From contig CAUTMO010000003.1 in assembly GCA_963539815.1 (NCBI GenBank), forward strand, positions 131 to 64,130: a DNA stretch of 64,000 nucleotides. The letters are read 5' to 3'. The DNA is from an uncultured Candidatus Saccharibacteria bacterium. GTDB taxonomy: Bacteria; Patescibacteriota; Saccharimonadia; Saccharimonadales; Saccharimonadaceae. The notes below the pieces were generated by a model. The model searched no databases. It had not been told where the DNA came from and saw only the letters and a list, made by a program, of their open reading frames with translations. The translations under genes were made by a program, and so were the position numbers. How positions within the stretch are numbered: the stretch's first letter is position 1; each line of letters starts with the position of its first letter. Of the stretch, positions 35,724 to 44,595 are shown piece after piece.

Positions 35724-36713
35724 TCAACGCTTTTTAAATTGAACAGTTTTTTTGTTCCGTTTTGATTTTATGACAATTATCACTATCAAAATAATGAACA
35801 AAAGTATTCCACCGCCAATCATCATTAACGCTGTAGTTGATGGCCAGAAGAACAATTCTTTTGGTTCGGCGGTTTTGGTGATTAGCTCATTTTTGTCCTG
35901 GCTGATTCCCCACTCGCCAGCCTTCTTTTTATAGGAAATCGACAACTCTACCTTATATTTTCCGCCCCAAAACGGCGCCAAATTGCTATCAAAATTAAAC
36001 TGCCGCGTTTCATTCGCAATCGTTGCATTCACGCCACCGTTTTTATAGACAACATTTCCCATCGGGTCTCTCACGACCAGCTTTACGTCAACATCAGCCG
36101 ACATATTACCAGAATTTTTTAAGGCAATTTCATACAATTGACTACTGTTAGAGTTCTTAACATTAAACTTCTCAATCGTCACATCACGGTGAATATCGCC
36201 AGGAACAGTTATCGCCATACGGATAGCCTGACGAGTCTGGACTTGAATGCCGCCAGCGTTATTTGACGCCTGCTTAACCTTCCGCTGAACAACCATACAT
36301 GCATTATGCTCGCCGACATCTGCTTTACTTGGAACATTTACCGTAAAATCAACAAGCGTGTTCTCGTTCGCGCCAAGAGTCACCTCTTTTTTAGAGACAG
36401 AAACCCACTTGCCCGCGCCAACTTTGTCCTCTGACTTCTCTTTACAAGTCATATCACCAGTCGTCGTAACCGTACCGTCAACCGAATAAACTTCAATCGT
36501 TTCTTCTTTATCAGACCCGTTTTGAACATACAATTGGTCAGATTTCGAGGCGCCACCAGAAAGATTATATATGAAAATTGAGCTTGTCCTGGGATTATTA
36601 GGATCAGGATTTGCTGGTCGACCACCAATACCATTAGCAGACACCGACACAGGCAAAATCAGCCCTACAATCATCGCCACTCCAATAACCTTACTCCACA
36701 ACAAATTCTTCAT
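35724..36713 (-). CDS. CscA-like cell-surface protein (DUF916/DUF3324-like) with a C-terminal TM anchor
   Basis: Signal peptide, then IFIYNLSGGASKSDQLYVQNGSDKEETIEVYSVDG (the pattern seen at the start of DUF916 proteins), two beta-rich domains, and a C-terminal TM plus KSKRNKK tail. Confidence 0.5.
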   Translation of the reverse strand: MKNLLWSKVIGVAMIVGLILPVSVSANGIGGRPANPDPNNPRTSSIFIYNLSGGASKSDQLYVQNGSDKEETIEVYSVDGTVTTTGDMTCKEKSEDKVGAGKWVSVSKKEVTLGANENTLVDFTVNVPSKADVGEHNACMVVQRKVKQASNNAGGIQVQTRQAIRMAITVPGDIHRDVTIEKFNVKNSNSSQLYEIALKNSGNMSADVDVKLVVRDPMGNVVYKNGGVNATIANETRQFNFDSNLAPFWGGKYKVELSISYKKKAGEWGISQDKNELITKTAEPKELFFWPSTTALMMIGGGILLFIILIVIIVIKSKRNKKTVQFKKR

Positions 36714-36817
36714 ACCCCTCCTTAAAAACCTATTATGCTTATTATATCAATGTCACACATAAAAGAATAGACACTCATCAGAATGTCTATTCTCGCTCAA
36801 TAATCTAAGCCTTTTTA

Positions 36818-37462
36818 TTAAATAGCCGTGACAGTCTGAACCATTGGAAGAGTATATGTACCAGCTGACTGAGAAGCTGGAATAGCCTGAGTCAATCCAA
36901 TGCCCGTAATATAGCCAGCCCAAACTTTATCTGCACTAGCTGAGGCTGTCATCAATCTAACTGGATTACTTCCACTAAATGCAGTCGCAGTGTTTTTTAA
37001 TACACCAGTACCTGAACCAATTACTGGAGTAATTGTTCCCGCCGAAGGATTGACTGTTAATTGTCCAGTAGTAGCATTAGCATTATATTTATAAGTGTCA
37101 GATCCAGCAGAACGCCATTCACCAGACCCTGGCTGAAGAGCATTTAGAGTCAGAGTCCAGCCATTATTTGCGGCACCCGGATTTTCAACATAAATACGAT
37201 TCTGATTATCTCCAAATGTTCCAGTTGAAGTCTGTTGCGAAAAAGATACAGTTTTAGCTGCCATAGAAAATGTTGGATTATTAACCGCAACATTACTTGA
37301 ATTACGAATGTCAGTACTCAAGACTCCAGGATTAATTGTCTGAGAGAGTTTAGAGCTGGCGGTAGTTGCAGCATTAGCAACAGAGGAATTCGTCATATTA
37401 TACAATCCCAATAGACCAACCACGCCTACGCTCGCAATGATTAATAATGCTAATTTTTTCAT
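36818..37462 (-). CDS. Secreted WxL-like domain protein (CscB-like)
   Basis: Signal peptide ending ANA. NNGWTLTLNA (a WxL motif) and a C-terminal SAGTYTLPMVQTVTAI. The C-terminal ~150 aa are clearly homologous to the C-terminus of the 828-aa neighbour. Confidence 0.55.
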   Translation of the reverse strand: MKKLALLIIASVGVVGLLGLYNMTNSSVANAATTASSKLSQTINPGVLSTDIRNSSNVAVNNPTFSMAAKTVSFSQQTSTGTFGDNQNRIYVENPGAANNGWTLTLNALQPGSGEWRSAGSDTYKYNANATTGQLTVNPSAGTITPVIGSGTGVLKNTATAFSGSNPVRLMTASASADKVWAGYITGIGLTQAIPASQSAGTYTLPMVQTVTAI

Positions 37463-37521
37463 TTTTTCTCCTTACTTAATTGATTTAATTTATTATGCTA
37501 ATAATTACTGTGGTTATTTTT

Positions 37522-38235
37522 TCATTCATCCCTCTTTTTCTGTTTTTTAACAATAAATAACATAATGAACGCCGCAACAATTACACCAATGCCAGCAGCC
37601 ATAATCGTCCATAAATTAATTCCCGTATTAGCCAAAGCCTTGCTTATCTCTTTAATAACCTTCGGAATAACAATAACATCTTCAATAGTCTTTTCCACGG
37701 TCTTTTTCGGAGTCGTAAATGAAAAATCAGCAAACCTCACTACTTCCGGAGATGTTGCATTAGCCTTCAGTTTAGTTGTAACGCGACCGTTATAAGTGTG
37801 TTCTGGAGCTAGCGTCATAAAATTATCACCTGGATGATTATTCTGCCAATTTGAAAAATCCAACACCCATATATTTCCGTTAACTTTAAGCTCGCTATCC
37901 CGCCCTAAAACAAAAGTCCTACCACCAAACTCAACCTTCAAATCGTGCTGGCCCGTCGCGGGATTAGCTACCGTATGTACCGCGTCATAAACGCCATGCA
38001 CCAGCAGATCTTTCCCATTTACCAAATCAAACTTAGAGAATTTTGGCGGAAAAATCGGACAAATTGACTCATTCATCTGACCACCCGTTTCCAGGGAATC
38101 ATGAGCACAATCAGTAATCACTTGCGACAAATTAGAATTAGCCGACGAGTTCGCAAAAGCCGAATAAGGACTACTCAAAGTAGCTAGTAATGTTATGACG
38201 ATGAATAATTTTTTTACTCTATTTTTCATACTCAA
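37522..38235 (-). CDS. Cell-wall-anchored surface protein with a LAxTG sorting signal (CscD-like position)
   Basis: Signal peptide, then a C-terminal LANTG (DNA 37621..37635) followed by a hydrophobic stretch and KKQKKRDE. Confidence 0.7.
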   Translation of the reverse strand: MSMKNRVKKLFIVITLLATLSSPYSAFANSSANSNLSQVITDCAHDSLETGGQMNESICPIFPPKFSKFDLVNGKDLLVHGVYDAVHTVANPATGQHDLKVEFGGRTFVLGRDSELKVNGNIWVLDFSNWQNNHPGDNFMTLAPEHTYNGRVTTKLKANATSPEVVRFADFSFTTPKKTVEKTIEDVIVIPKVIKEISKALANTGINLWTIMAAGIGVIVAAFIMLFIVKKQKKRDE

Positions 38236-38237
38236 CC

Positions 38238-40658
38238 CTATTGCGCTGTTACCGTTAATGTCATTGGCAATTCATAAGTTCCTGGTTTTTGATATGCTGG
38301 AATAGTCTGGTTTAATCGAACGTTCTGTAGCAAAAATGCGCACCCCAATTGACCAGTTGATCCACTGCTGCTCATCAATGTAACGCCGTTAGCCGTAGCA
38401 GTCCCCACCTTAAATTGAGAATCAACGCCCTTTGATATTCCTGATATCTGGCAAGTTGACCCGCTCAATGAATTACCCGAAGCTAAGACAGATGATGTGC
38501 CAAAATTGACAGACAGAAATCCCTGATCGCCATTAGTGCCGTTGAACATATACGATTCTGTACCAGCAGTTCGCTTCCATTTGGCGGTCGCGCCGTCAGA
38601 TGCCGACAACACAACGCTCCACCCAGAGATGGTCTGTGTATTCGTCACTTCAATTTGCTTCGAGCTTGAGTTGGACAAGAAAGCGCTGGTGGCTACGCTG
38701 CTATTGCTCATAATTGAGTTGTCAAACTTCGTACCAGTATCTGTAATTGTGGCGCCAGCATTATCCCTAAAACGAATGTCTAACGACCCAGGGGCGGTCT
38801 TAAATTCTGGATACATTGTGTAGCTATCAATACTAGATCCAGGAGCGACAGTCGTGTCGGTTGCTACGCGGACGCAATAACTTTCATTCCTATCAAGCCC
38901 TTTATCAACAAGCGCCAGATCCCACACACCCACTTCGCCAGCAGATATTTTTTGCGCATTTGTGAACGTTCCAGCCACTCCGCTTTTTCTCACCAGACTT
39001 TGAGGTCGAGAAGCGATAGCTCCTGACGGCAATTCTGGATCAGACGAGTTGCTATTGATATTAGTGCCATCAGCAGGACCACTCGCAGAATAAGCAAGTT
39101 TTGACGTTCCGGTCACGACTTGCCAATCTGAACTACTTACAGCCGAACAAGTTGCCGCGCTGCCCTTTTTTGCATATTCGACGCGCAGCTTCATTGACGA
39201 GGATTCAACGGCTCCTCCTGGAGGCACAATTAACGTAGGGCGCGTAACAGGACTGTTGCTCGACTGGCCATTCCCTACCTGACCCTTGTTATTATTACCC
39301 CAACAATACATCTCGCCCGTACGTAAAGCGCATAAAAAGTCTTTGCCTACATACATAGAAGTTTCACCAGAACTCGTAAATGGAACATTCACTTTTACGG
39401 GAGCGGGCAAAAATCCTGTAGCAGCCCCACTACCCATTTGACCATTAGAATTATCACCCCAGCAATAAATTTCGCCAGTACTCAGTACTACACACGTGAA
39501 TTCACCGCCAGCGTAAACATTTTTAATAGTCTTCCCTCCAGAAAGGACACTACTGCCAAAAGGAACTCTTGAAGCAATATTTCTATAACCCATCGCTGTA
39601 ACACCCAACTGACCCTTGTCATTTTTTCCCCAACAATATACTTCCTGACCACCAGAAATAACAGCACAAGCATGTGAATCACCAGCAGATATTGACTCAA
39701 CTTTTTTTCCATTAAAACCTTTGACTGCAGTAGGATATTGAGTTCTACCACCAGCAAGTCCTACTCCAGTCCTCCCCTTATCATTAGACCCCCAGCAGAA
39801 TGCTGTGCCTTCAACCGTCGAAGCGCACGTAAATTTATCTCCTGCAACAACCTGCTTAACCGATTCTGTCCCAAAGTTACTCATATTAACCGCTGTTGGC
39901 GTGGTTGAGGCTAAGAAAACATCACGACCCAATTCTCCATTTATACCTCTGCCCCAACAGTATAATTTTCTCTCCGAGTTAAGCGAACAAGTATGCTCAT
40001 TACCCGCCGCAATCTGAGAGACAACCGTGGTCGCGAATTCTCTAACTGGATATGGAGCATTTTTCTGAACTATACCACTATTCCCTAATCTTCCAGCTTT
40101 GCCATAGCCCCAACAATAATCTTTATCGTCAGAAGCGATTGCACAAGTGTGATAATAACCAGTGGTAATCTGTTTGATAGTTTTCCCATTGAGAACGTCT
40201 TGTATATATACAGGCACTGGGGTTGTTGATGAATTAGTTGAATTAGTACCAAGAACTCCATACTGACCATTGCCCCAACAATAAACACTATCATCCGACA
40301 TAATGGCGCAGTTATGCTCATACCCGCTTCCGTATTCAGCTAATTTTTTAAAATATGCACTCTTATTTTGAAGGCCAACCCTCAACCGAAAATCAGCGCC
40401 TACTTTTGGTAACGTGGCAGCGGTGTTGGTATTTGCAAGCGGACTACCTGGATTAATACCATTGGACGATTCGTATAATCGATAAGAAACTTGCCCCACT
40501 TCAATCTGCTTGCCACCACTAGGAATAGTTGCACGACTTTGCTGAGGGCTCAAAAACATAAATCCTAAAGCTACGCTAACGACAATAAAACCGCCAAGGA
40601 TAAAAAATCTCTTGGCTTTACGGTCTTTTATTATTGATAACGTTCTATTATGTTCCAT
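38238..40658 (-). CDS. Secreted 7-bladed RCC1-like beta-propeller protein with a C-terminal WxL-like domain (CscC-like)
   Basis: Seven repeats ending YCWGNGQYGVLG, YCWGYGKAGRLG, YCWGRGINGELG, FCWGSNDKGRTG, YCWGKNDKGQLG, YCWGDNSNGQMG and YCWGNNNKGQVG. The C-terminus has ISGWSVVLSA...PGTYELPMTLTVTAQ. I prefer the start at MEHNRTL (40658). The tracked ORF begins at 40724. Confidence 0.8.
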   Translation of the reverse strand: MEHNRTLSIIKDRKAKRFFILGGFIVVSVALGFMFLSPQQSRATIPSGGKQIEVGQVSYRLYESSNGINPGSPLANTNTAATLPKVGADFRLRVGLQNKSAYFKKLAEYGSGYEHNCAIMSDDSVYCWGNGQYGVLGTNSTNSSTTPVPVYIQDVLNGKTIKQITTGYYHTCAIASDDKDYCWGYGKAGRLGNSGIVQKNAPYPVREFATTVVSQIAAGNEHTCSLNSERKLYCWGRGINGELGRDVFLASTTPTAVNMSNFGTESVKQVVAGDKFTCASTVEGTAFCWGSNDKGRTGVGLAGGRTQYPTAVKGFNGKKVESISAGDSHACAVISGGQEVYCWGKNDKGQLGVTAMGYRNIASRVPFGSSVLSGGKTIKNVYAGGEFTCVVLSTGEIYCWGDNSNGQMGSGAATGFLPAPVKVNVPFTSSGETSMYVGKDFLCALRTGEMYCWGNNNKGQVGNGQSSNSPVTRPTLIVPPGGAVESSSMKLRVEYAKKGSAATCSAVSSSDWQVVTGTSKLAYSASGPADGTNINSNSSDPELPSGAIASRPQSLVRKSGVAGTFTNAQKISAGEVGVWDLALVDKGLDRNESYCVRVATDTTVAPGSSIDSYTMYPEFKTAPGSLDIRFRDNAGATITDTGTKFDNSIMSNSSVATSAFLSNSSSKQIEVTNTQTISGWSVVLSASDGATAKWKRTAGTESYMFNGTNGDQGFLSVNFGTSSVLASGNSLSGSTCQISGISKGVDSQFKVGTATANGVTLMSSSGSTGQLGCAFLLQNVRLNQTIPAYQKPGTYELPMTLTVTAQ

Positions 40659-40730
40659 AGTGGTGGTATAGATTGAGCATAAATATACATCATAAATATA
40701 CCATAAGCATTTTACATAAAGCAAGCAAAA

Positions 40731-41339
40731 CTAGAACAATTGACTGCCGAATTTGGCGATTATCGCGATAATTACCGCGACGACCAGCGAAACCACGACA
40801 AGCGCATCATATCCGCCACCAACAACCTTCTGCGCACAACGACAAGAAATATTTTTCTGCAGAACATTATAGCGCGTCAAACCGAGCATAATCATCAACA
40901 TTCCAAGATCCAAAGTCAAGCACCACGGACAAAGCACGCCAATTTCGACGTAGCTCATATAAAACATCCAAATAGCAAATATCATTCCGATGATAGCACC
41001 AGCCTGCGCCGCCTGCATAAACCACTTCGGGAATTTTGCTCCCGCCAATAATGCCACTGCAATTGTTACCATAACAGGCAAAGTCATCACGCCGATAAAA
41101 CTATTTGGAAATCCTAAAACAGCCGCCGACCAATGATTCGCCACCGCCGAACAGCTCAGAGCCGAGCTAAAATCGCAGCTTAATACAGCGTGAGAGTTTT
41201 TTGCTAATTCTAGAGATTCAATAGACAACACAAATGATGCCAATAACCCTAATCCACTACCGACAAGCATTATAAACGCCGCCAAATTTTGCTTTTTCAA
41301 ATCTTCGTGAAATAGCCAGTTTTTGATTTTATTAAACAT
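40731..41339 (-). CDS. Vitamin K epoxide reductase (VKOR) family disulfide-bond-forming membrane protein
   Basis: A loop Cys pair (LSCDFSSALSC) and an active-site CPWC within a 4-5 TM protein. Confidence 0.85.
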   Translation of the reverse strand: MFNKIKNWLFHEDLKKQNLAAFIMLVGSGLGLLASFVLSIESLELAKNSHAVLSCDFSSALSCSAVANHWSAAVLGFPNSFIGVMTLPVMVTIAVALLAGAKFPKWFMQAAQAGAIIGMIFAIWMFYMSYVEIGVLCPWCLTLDLGMLMIMLGLTRYNVLQKNISCRCAQKVVGGGYDALVVVSLVVAVIIAIIAKFGSQLF

Positions 41340-41589
41340 AAAAACTCACTTCGCTAATTGTTGGTAGTGGCAGGCCGCGCCAAAGATTTTGCAATTGACC
41401 ACTGTCACTCAGCGCGATAATTGTTGGATATTCCACAATGTCATACACTTCGCAAAAATTATTGCCTTCCACAGAATCAGGACTCATCTCCTCTAAAACC
41501 TGACCAGTTTGTCGGCTAAAATCACGCAAAAAGTCTGAAACTTGGCGCGCATAATCGCTTTCTGAACGATAAATCACAATTACTCGCAT
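41332..41589 (-). CDS. Small hypothetical protein, possibly thioredoxin-fold without CxxC
   Basis: An 85-aa ORF overlapping VKOR by 8 nt and abutting nrdR. The beta-alpha-beta start MRVIVIYRSESDYARQV is the only hint of a fold. Confidence 0.4.
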   Translation of the reverse strand: MRVIVIYRSESDYARQVSDFLRDFSRQTGQVLEEMSPDSVEGNNFCEVYDIVEYPTIIALSDSGQLQNLWRGLPLPTISEVSFYV

Positions 41590-42044
41590 TACAATTCCCG
41601 CTCACCCTTACTGCGTCGCTTTGCTAAAATCTCCACAAAGTCATCCAGCGTCTTAAACTCATAAAAAACACTGGCGAAACGAACATACGCCACTTCATTG
41701 CGCTTTTCTAACTCGTCCAAAACTTGATCACCAATCTGTTTTGACGTAACTTCCGATTCGCCCAGTGCGTATAAAGAGTCTTCAACCGCTGTAATGATAT
41801 TATCGACTTCCTCGTCAGACTTAAAGAATTTTCCGACCGAACGGCGCGTCGAATTCGCCAATTTCACTCGGTCAAACAGCTCACGATCACCATTTTTCTT
41901 TATCACCGCTAGATTCGGTTTTTCAACTCGCTCATACGTAGTAAATCGCTTGCCATCTGGAGTTTCTCTGCGACGTCGAATTGCGGCACCATCAGAAACT
42001 TCGCGTGATTCAATAACGCGACTATTGCCGATATTAAACACCAT
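41589..42044 (-). CDS. nrdR: NrdR-like transcriptional repressor (ATP-cone) with a degenerate zinc ribbon
   Basis: RVIESREVSDGAAIRRRRETPDGKRFTTYERVE aligns to the NrdR N-terminus, and VAYVRFASVFYEF is the ATP-cone hallmark. The four Zn-ribbon Cys positions are V/F, I/G, T and G. Confidence 0.8.
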   Translation of the reverse strand: MVFNIGNSRVIESREVSDGAAIRRRRETPDGKRFTTYERVEKPNLAVIKKNGDRELFDRVKLANSTRRSVGKFFKSDEEVDNIITAVEDSLYALGESEVTSKQIGDQVLDELEKRNEVAYVRFASVFYEFKTLDDFVEILAKRRSKGEREL

Positions 42045-42049
42045 TTTAT

Positions 42050-43243
42050 CTACTCCTTGTTCTTCTTTCGTCGCCTCAGAAATGCCGGCGTATCATCCTC
42101 ATCATCGTCAGCTTCAACGGTTGGATTTTCCCAAATATTAGTTTCTGGCTCAGTCGCAAAACTTTCGGCAGATTCTTCCTTATCCAACTCTAGGTCAATA
42201 TTTTTAACCATTTCGTCATCAACTTCTGTTTCGGCAGGTTTCGTGTCGTCACCTACAGTCAAGCTAACTTCCTGCTGACGGAATGTATCGCTATCAAATC
42301 CTGTCGCAATCACCGTAATAACCAGCTCGTCTTCCATTTCCGGCTTCAAAGTCGCACCAAAAATAATGTTGGCGTTCGGACTAACGGCGCTAGTAATAAT
42401 TTCTGCAGCCTCCTGAATTTCTGCCATACTCATGTCGTAGCCGCCAGTTACATTGAATAGCACACCCTTGGCACCATCAATCGACACCTCAATTAGCGGA
42501 CTTTCAATAGCTTGTTGCGCCGCCTGAACCGCTCGGTCATCACCGCTCGCTCGCCCGATTCCCATCAATGCTGAACCAGCATTGCTCATAATTGCCTTAA
42601 CGTCAGCAAAGTCAAGGTTAATCAAACCATGCTCAGTAATCAGTTCAGAAATACCCTGAACACCCTGCCTCAAAACATCGTCAGCAATTTTGAAAGTTTC
42701 CAACAGAGGAGTTCGACGATCAATAGTTTGCAATAATCTGTCATTTGGAATTGTAATCAAGGTATCAACCTCGCGTCCCAAGTGAGAAATCGCCCAATCC
42801 GCGTTAACTCGGCGCTTTTCACCCTCAAAGCTAAACGGTCGAGTTGCCACGCCAACCACCAAAATACCAAGCTCGCGTGCCACTTCTGCCACAACATAAC
42901 CAGCACCAGAACCAGTTCCGCCACCAGCACCAATTGTCACAAATACCATGTCCGCGCCTTCTAGCGCTTCCCTAATTTCGTCACGAGATTCATTAGCTGC
43001 GGCCTCGCCAACAGTAGGGTCGGCACCAGCGCCCAAACCATTAGTTGCGTCACGACCAAGATGAATCTTTATGTCAGCCTTCGAATTATGCAACGCCTGG
43101 GCGTCCGTATTCATAGCAATGAACTGAACGCCAGTTAGACCAGCGTCTTTCATTCGGTTAATAGCTGAGCCACCAGCACCGCCGACACCGACGACTTTTA
43201 TGCTGGCAAATGTTTGAACTTCACTTGGTTGTATTTGCGGCAT
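42050..43243 (-). CDS. ftsZ: Cell division GTPase FtsZ
   Basis: GVGGAGGSAINRM, GGGTGSGAGYVVAE (tubulin signature) and an acidic C-terminal tail. Confidence 0.96.
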   Translation of the reverse strand: MPQIQPSEVQTFASIKVVGVGGAGGSAINRMKDAGLTGVQFIAMNTDAQALHNSKADIKIHLGRDATNGLGAGADPTVGEAAANESRDEIREALEGADMVFVTIGAGGGTGSGAGYVVAEVARELGILVVGVATRPFSFEGEKRRVNADWAISHLGREVDTLITIPNDRLLQTIDRRTPLLETFKIADDVLRQGVQGISELITEHGLINLDFADVKAIMSNAGSALMGIGRASGDDRAVQAAQQAIESPLIEVSIDGAKGVLFNVTGGYDMSMAEIQEAAEIITSAVSPNANIIFGATLKPEMEDELVITVIATGFDSDTFRQQEVSLTVGDDTKPAETEVDDEMVKNIDLELDKEESAESFATEPETNIWENPTVEADDDEDDTPAFLRRRKKNKE

Positions 43244-43280
43244 ATATTCCCTCTCTTAATCCTTACATAAAGTATATCAT

Positions 43281-44507
43281 TTATTTAAATCTAGCGAAAA
43301 TATTTTTAAGTAAACCGCCAGCTTTTTTAGTGACATCATTTGCGCCAACTATAGGTTTTACCTGCTGCGAAATACCCATAGAGTCGATCAACATCAGACC
43401 AACCGCAGCTGAAAACTCCGCACCTTTCACTTCATCGCTAACTCCGTTATAGCCAGCCGGAACGCCCAAGCGTGCCGCCACGCTCAATTGATCTTTCGTA
43501 AACTCTACCATACCCTTGACTTTCGCCGCACCACCAACCAACACAACACCACTCGGTAGCTTTCCTAATCGTCCAGCTCGCTTCAGTTCTTTAGCAATCG
43601 CTTCAAAGATCTCTTCATATCGCGCTTGGACAATCTCGTCAATTTCTTCTTGATTGAACTTATATGTCTGCTTTTCAACCTTCGTTTCAACTTCGCCCAA
43701 AACGTCGCCGCCAAATCTCGCGTGCGCCAATTTCACAACTTCCGCGATTTCCGGATCTGTCCTAAGACCAATAGCCAAATCGTTCGTTACATTCTGACCG
43801 CCCATTGGAATGACCGCCAGATGTTGCAAATCGCCCTCTTCGTAAATGGCAATTCCTGTAGTTGCCGCACCAAAATCAATCACCGCAACGCCATTTTCAC
43901 GCTGACTTTCCGTAAGAACGGATTGAGCTGCCGCCAAAACCGACGGAACAACAGACACAGCCTCAACCTTAGCCATTTCCGCCGACTTCTGTAAATTAGT
44001 AATGTGCGGGACCAAACCAGACACGACATTCGCCCTAATTTCCAGACGAGCGCCAGTCATGCCAATTGGATCTTTAATATTATCCTGACCATCCAGCCTA
44101 TACGCGTGCGCAATAATATCTAAAATCTCTCTATTCTGTGGCACTTTTCCAGTTGTAGCAACTTCCTCCAGCCTTAATACATCATCATGAGTGACTTCAT
44201 TATTAACAGTTCCAACGGTAATCATTCCGTCGGCTTTTGTACTCAATAAATGAGATCCATTAATACTCAACGTAGCTGCGTTAATCTGATGACCACTCAT
44301 TCGCTCAGCTGGCTCCAGAGCCTTATCAATGGCTTCAGCTGGACCACTCAAATTCGTTACGGTTCCCTTTCGCATTCCGCTATTCGGCGCTTCACCGACG
44401 CCAACAATTTTTGGCGCACCATTTTCTGCGTCAATATAACCAACGACACAGCGCACGTTTTTCGTGCCAATATCAATTCCTACCACATATCGAGATTGCT
44501 CCTGCAT
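43281..44507 (-). CDS. ftsA: Cell division protein FtsA
   Basis: Actin-fold motifs VGIDIGTKNVRCVV and IDFGAATTGIAIY. The gene is immediately upstream of ftsZ. Confidence 0.93.
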   Translation of the reverse strand: MQEQSRYVVGIDIGTKNVRCVVGYIDAENGAPKIVGVGEAPNSGMRKGTVTNLSGPAEAIDKALEPAERMSGHQINAATLSINGSHLLSTKADGMITVGTVNNEVTHDDVLRLEEVATTGKVPQNREILDIIAHAYRLDGQDNIKDPIGMTGARLEIRANVVSGLVPHITNLQKSAEMAKVEAVSVVPSVLAAAQSVLTESQRENGVAVIDFGAATTGIAIYEEGDLQHLAVIPMGGQNVTNDLAIGLRTDPEIAEVVKLAHARFGGDVLGEVETKVEKQTYKFNQEEIDEIVQARYEEIFEAIAKELKRAGRLGKLPSGVVLVGGAAKVKGMVEFTKDQLSVAARLGVPAGYNGVSDEVKGAEFSAAVGLMLIDSMGISQQVKPIVGANDVTKKAGGLLKNIFARFK

Positions 44508-44595
44508 AAGCTCTATTATACAGGTTATGCCTATAATTTGGCAAGCGAATTACCTTGTTGCTGCCAAAAAATATTTCTGCTACAATATCCTCACA

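Noticed and set aside
40659-40724. A 22-codon N-terminal extension of the RCC1 protein (MLYVKCLWYIYDVYLCSIYTTT).
   Set aside because: The peptide is aromatic and Cys-rich with no signal-peptide character. The next Met opens a basic n-region plus a hydrophobic helix. The true start is still uncertain because no SD or -10 is obvious for either candidate.
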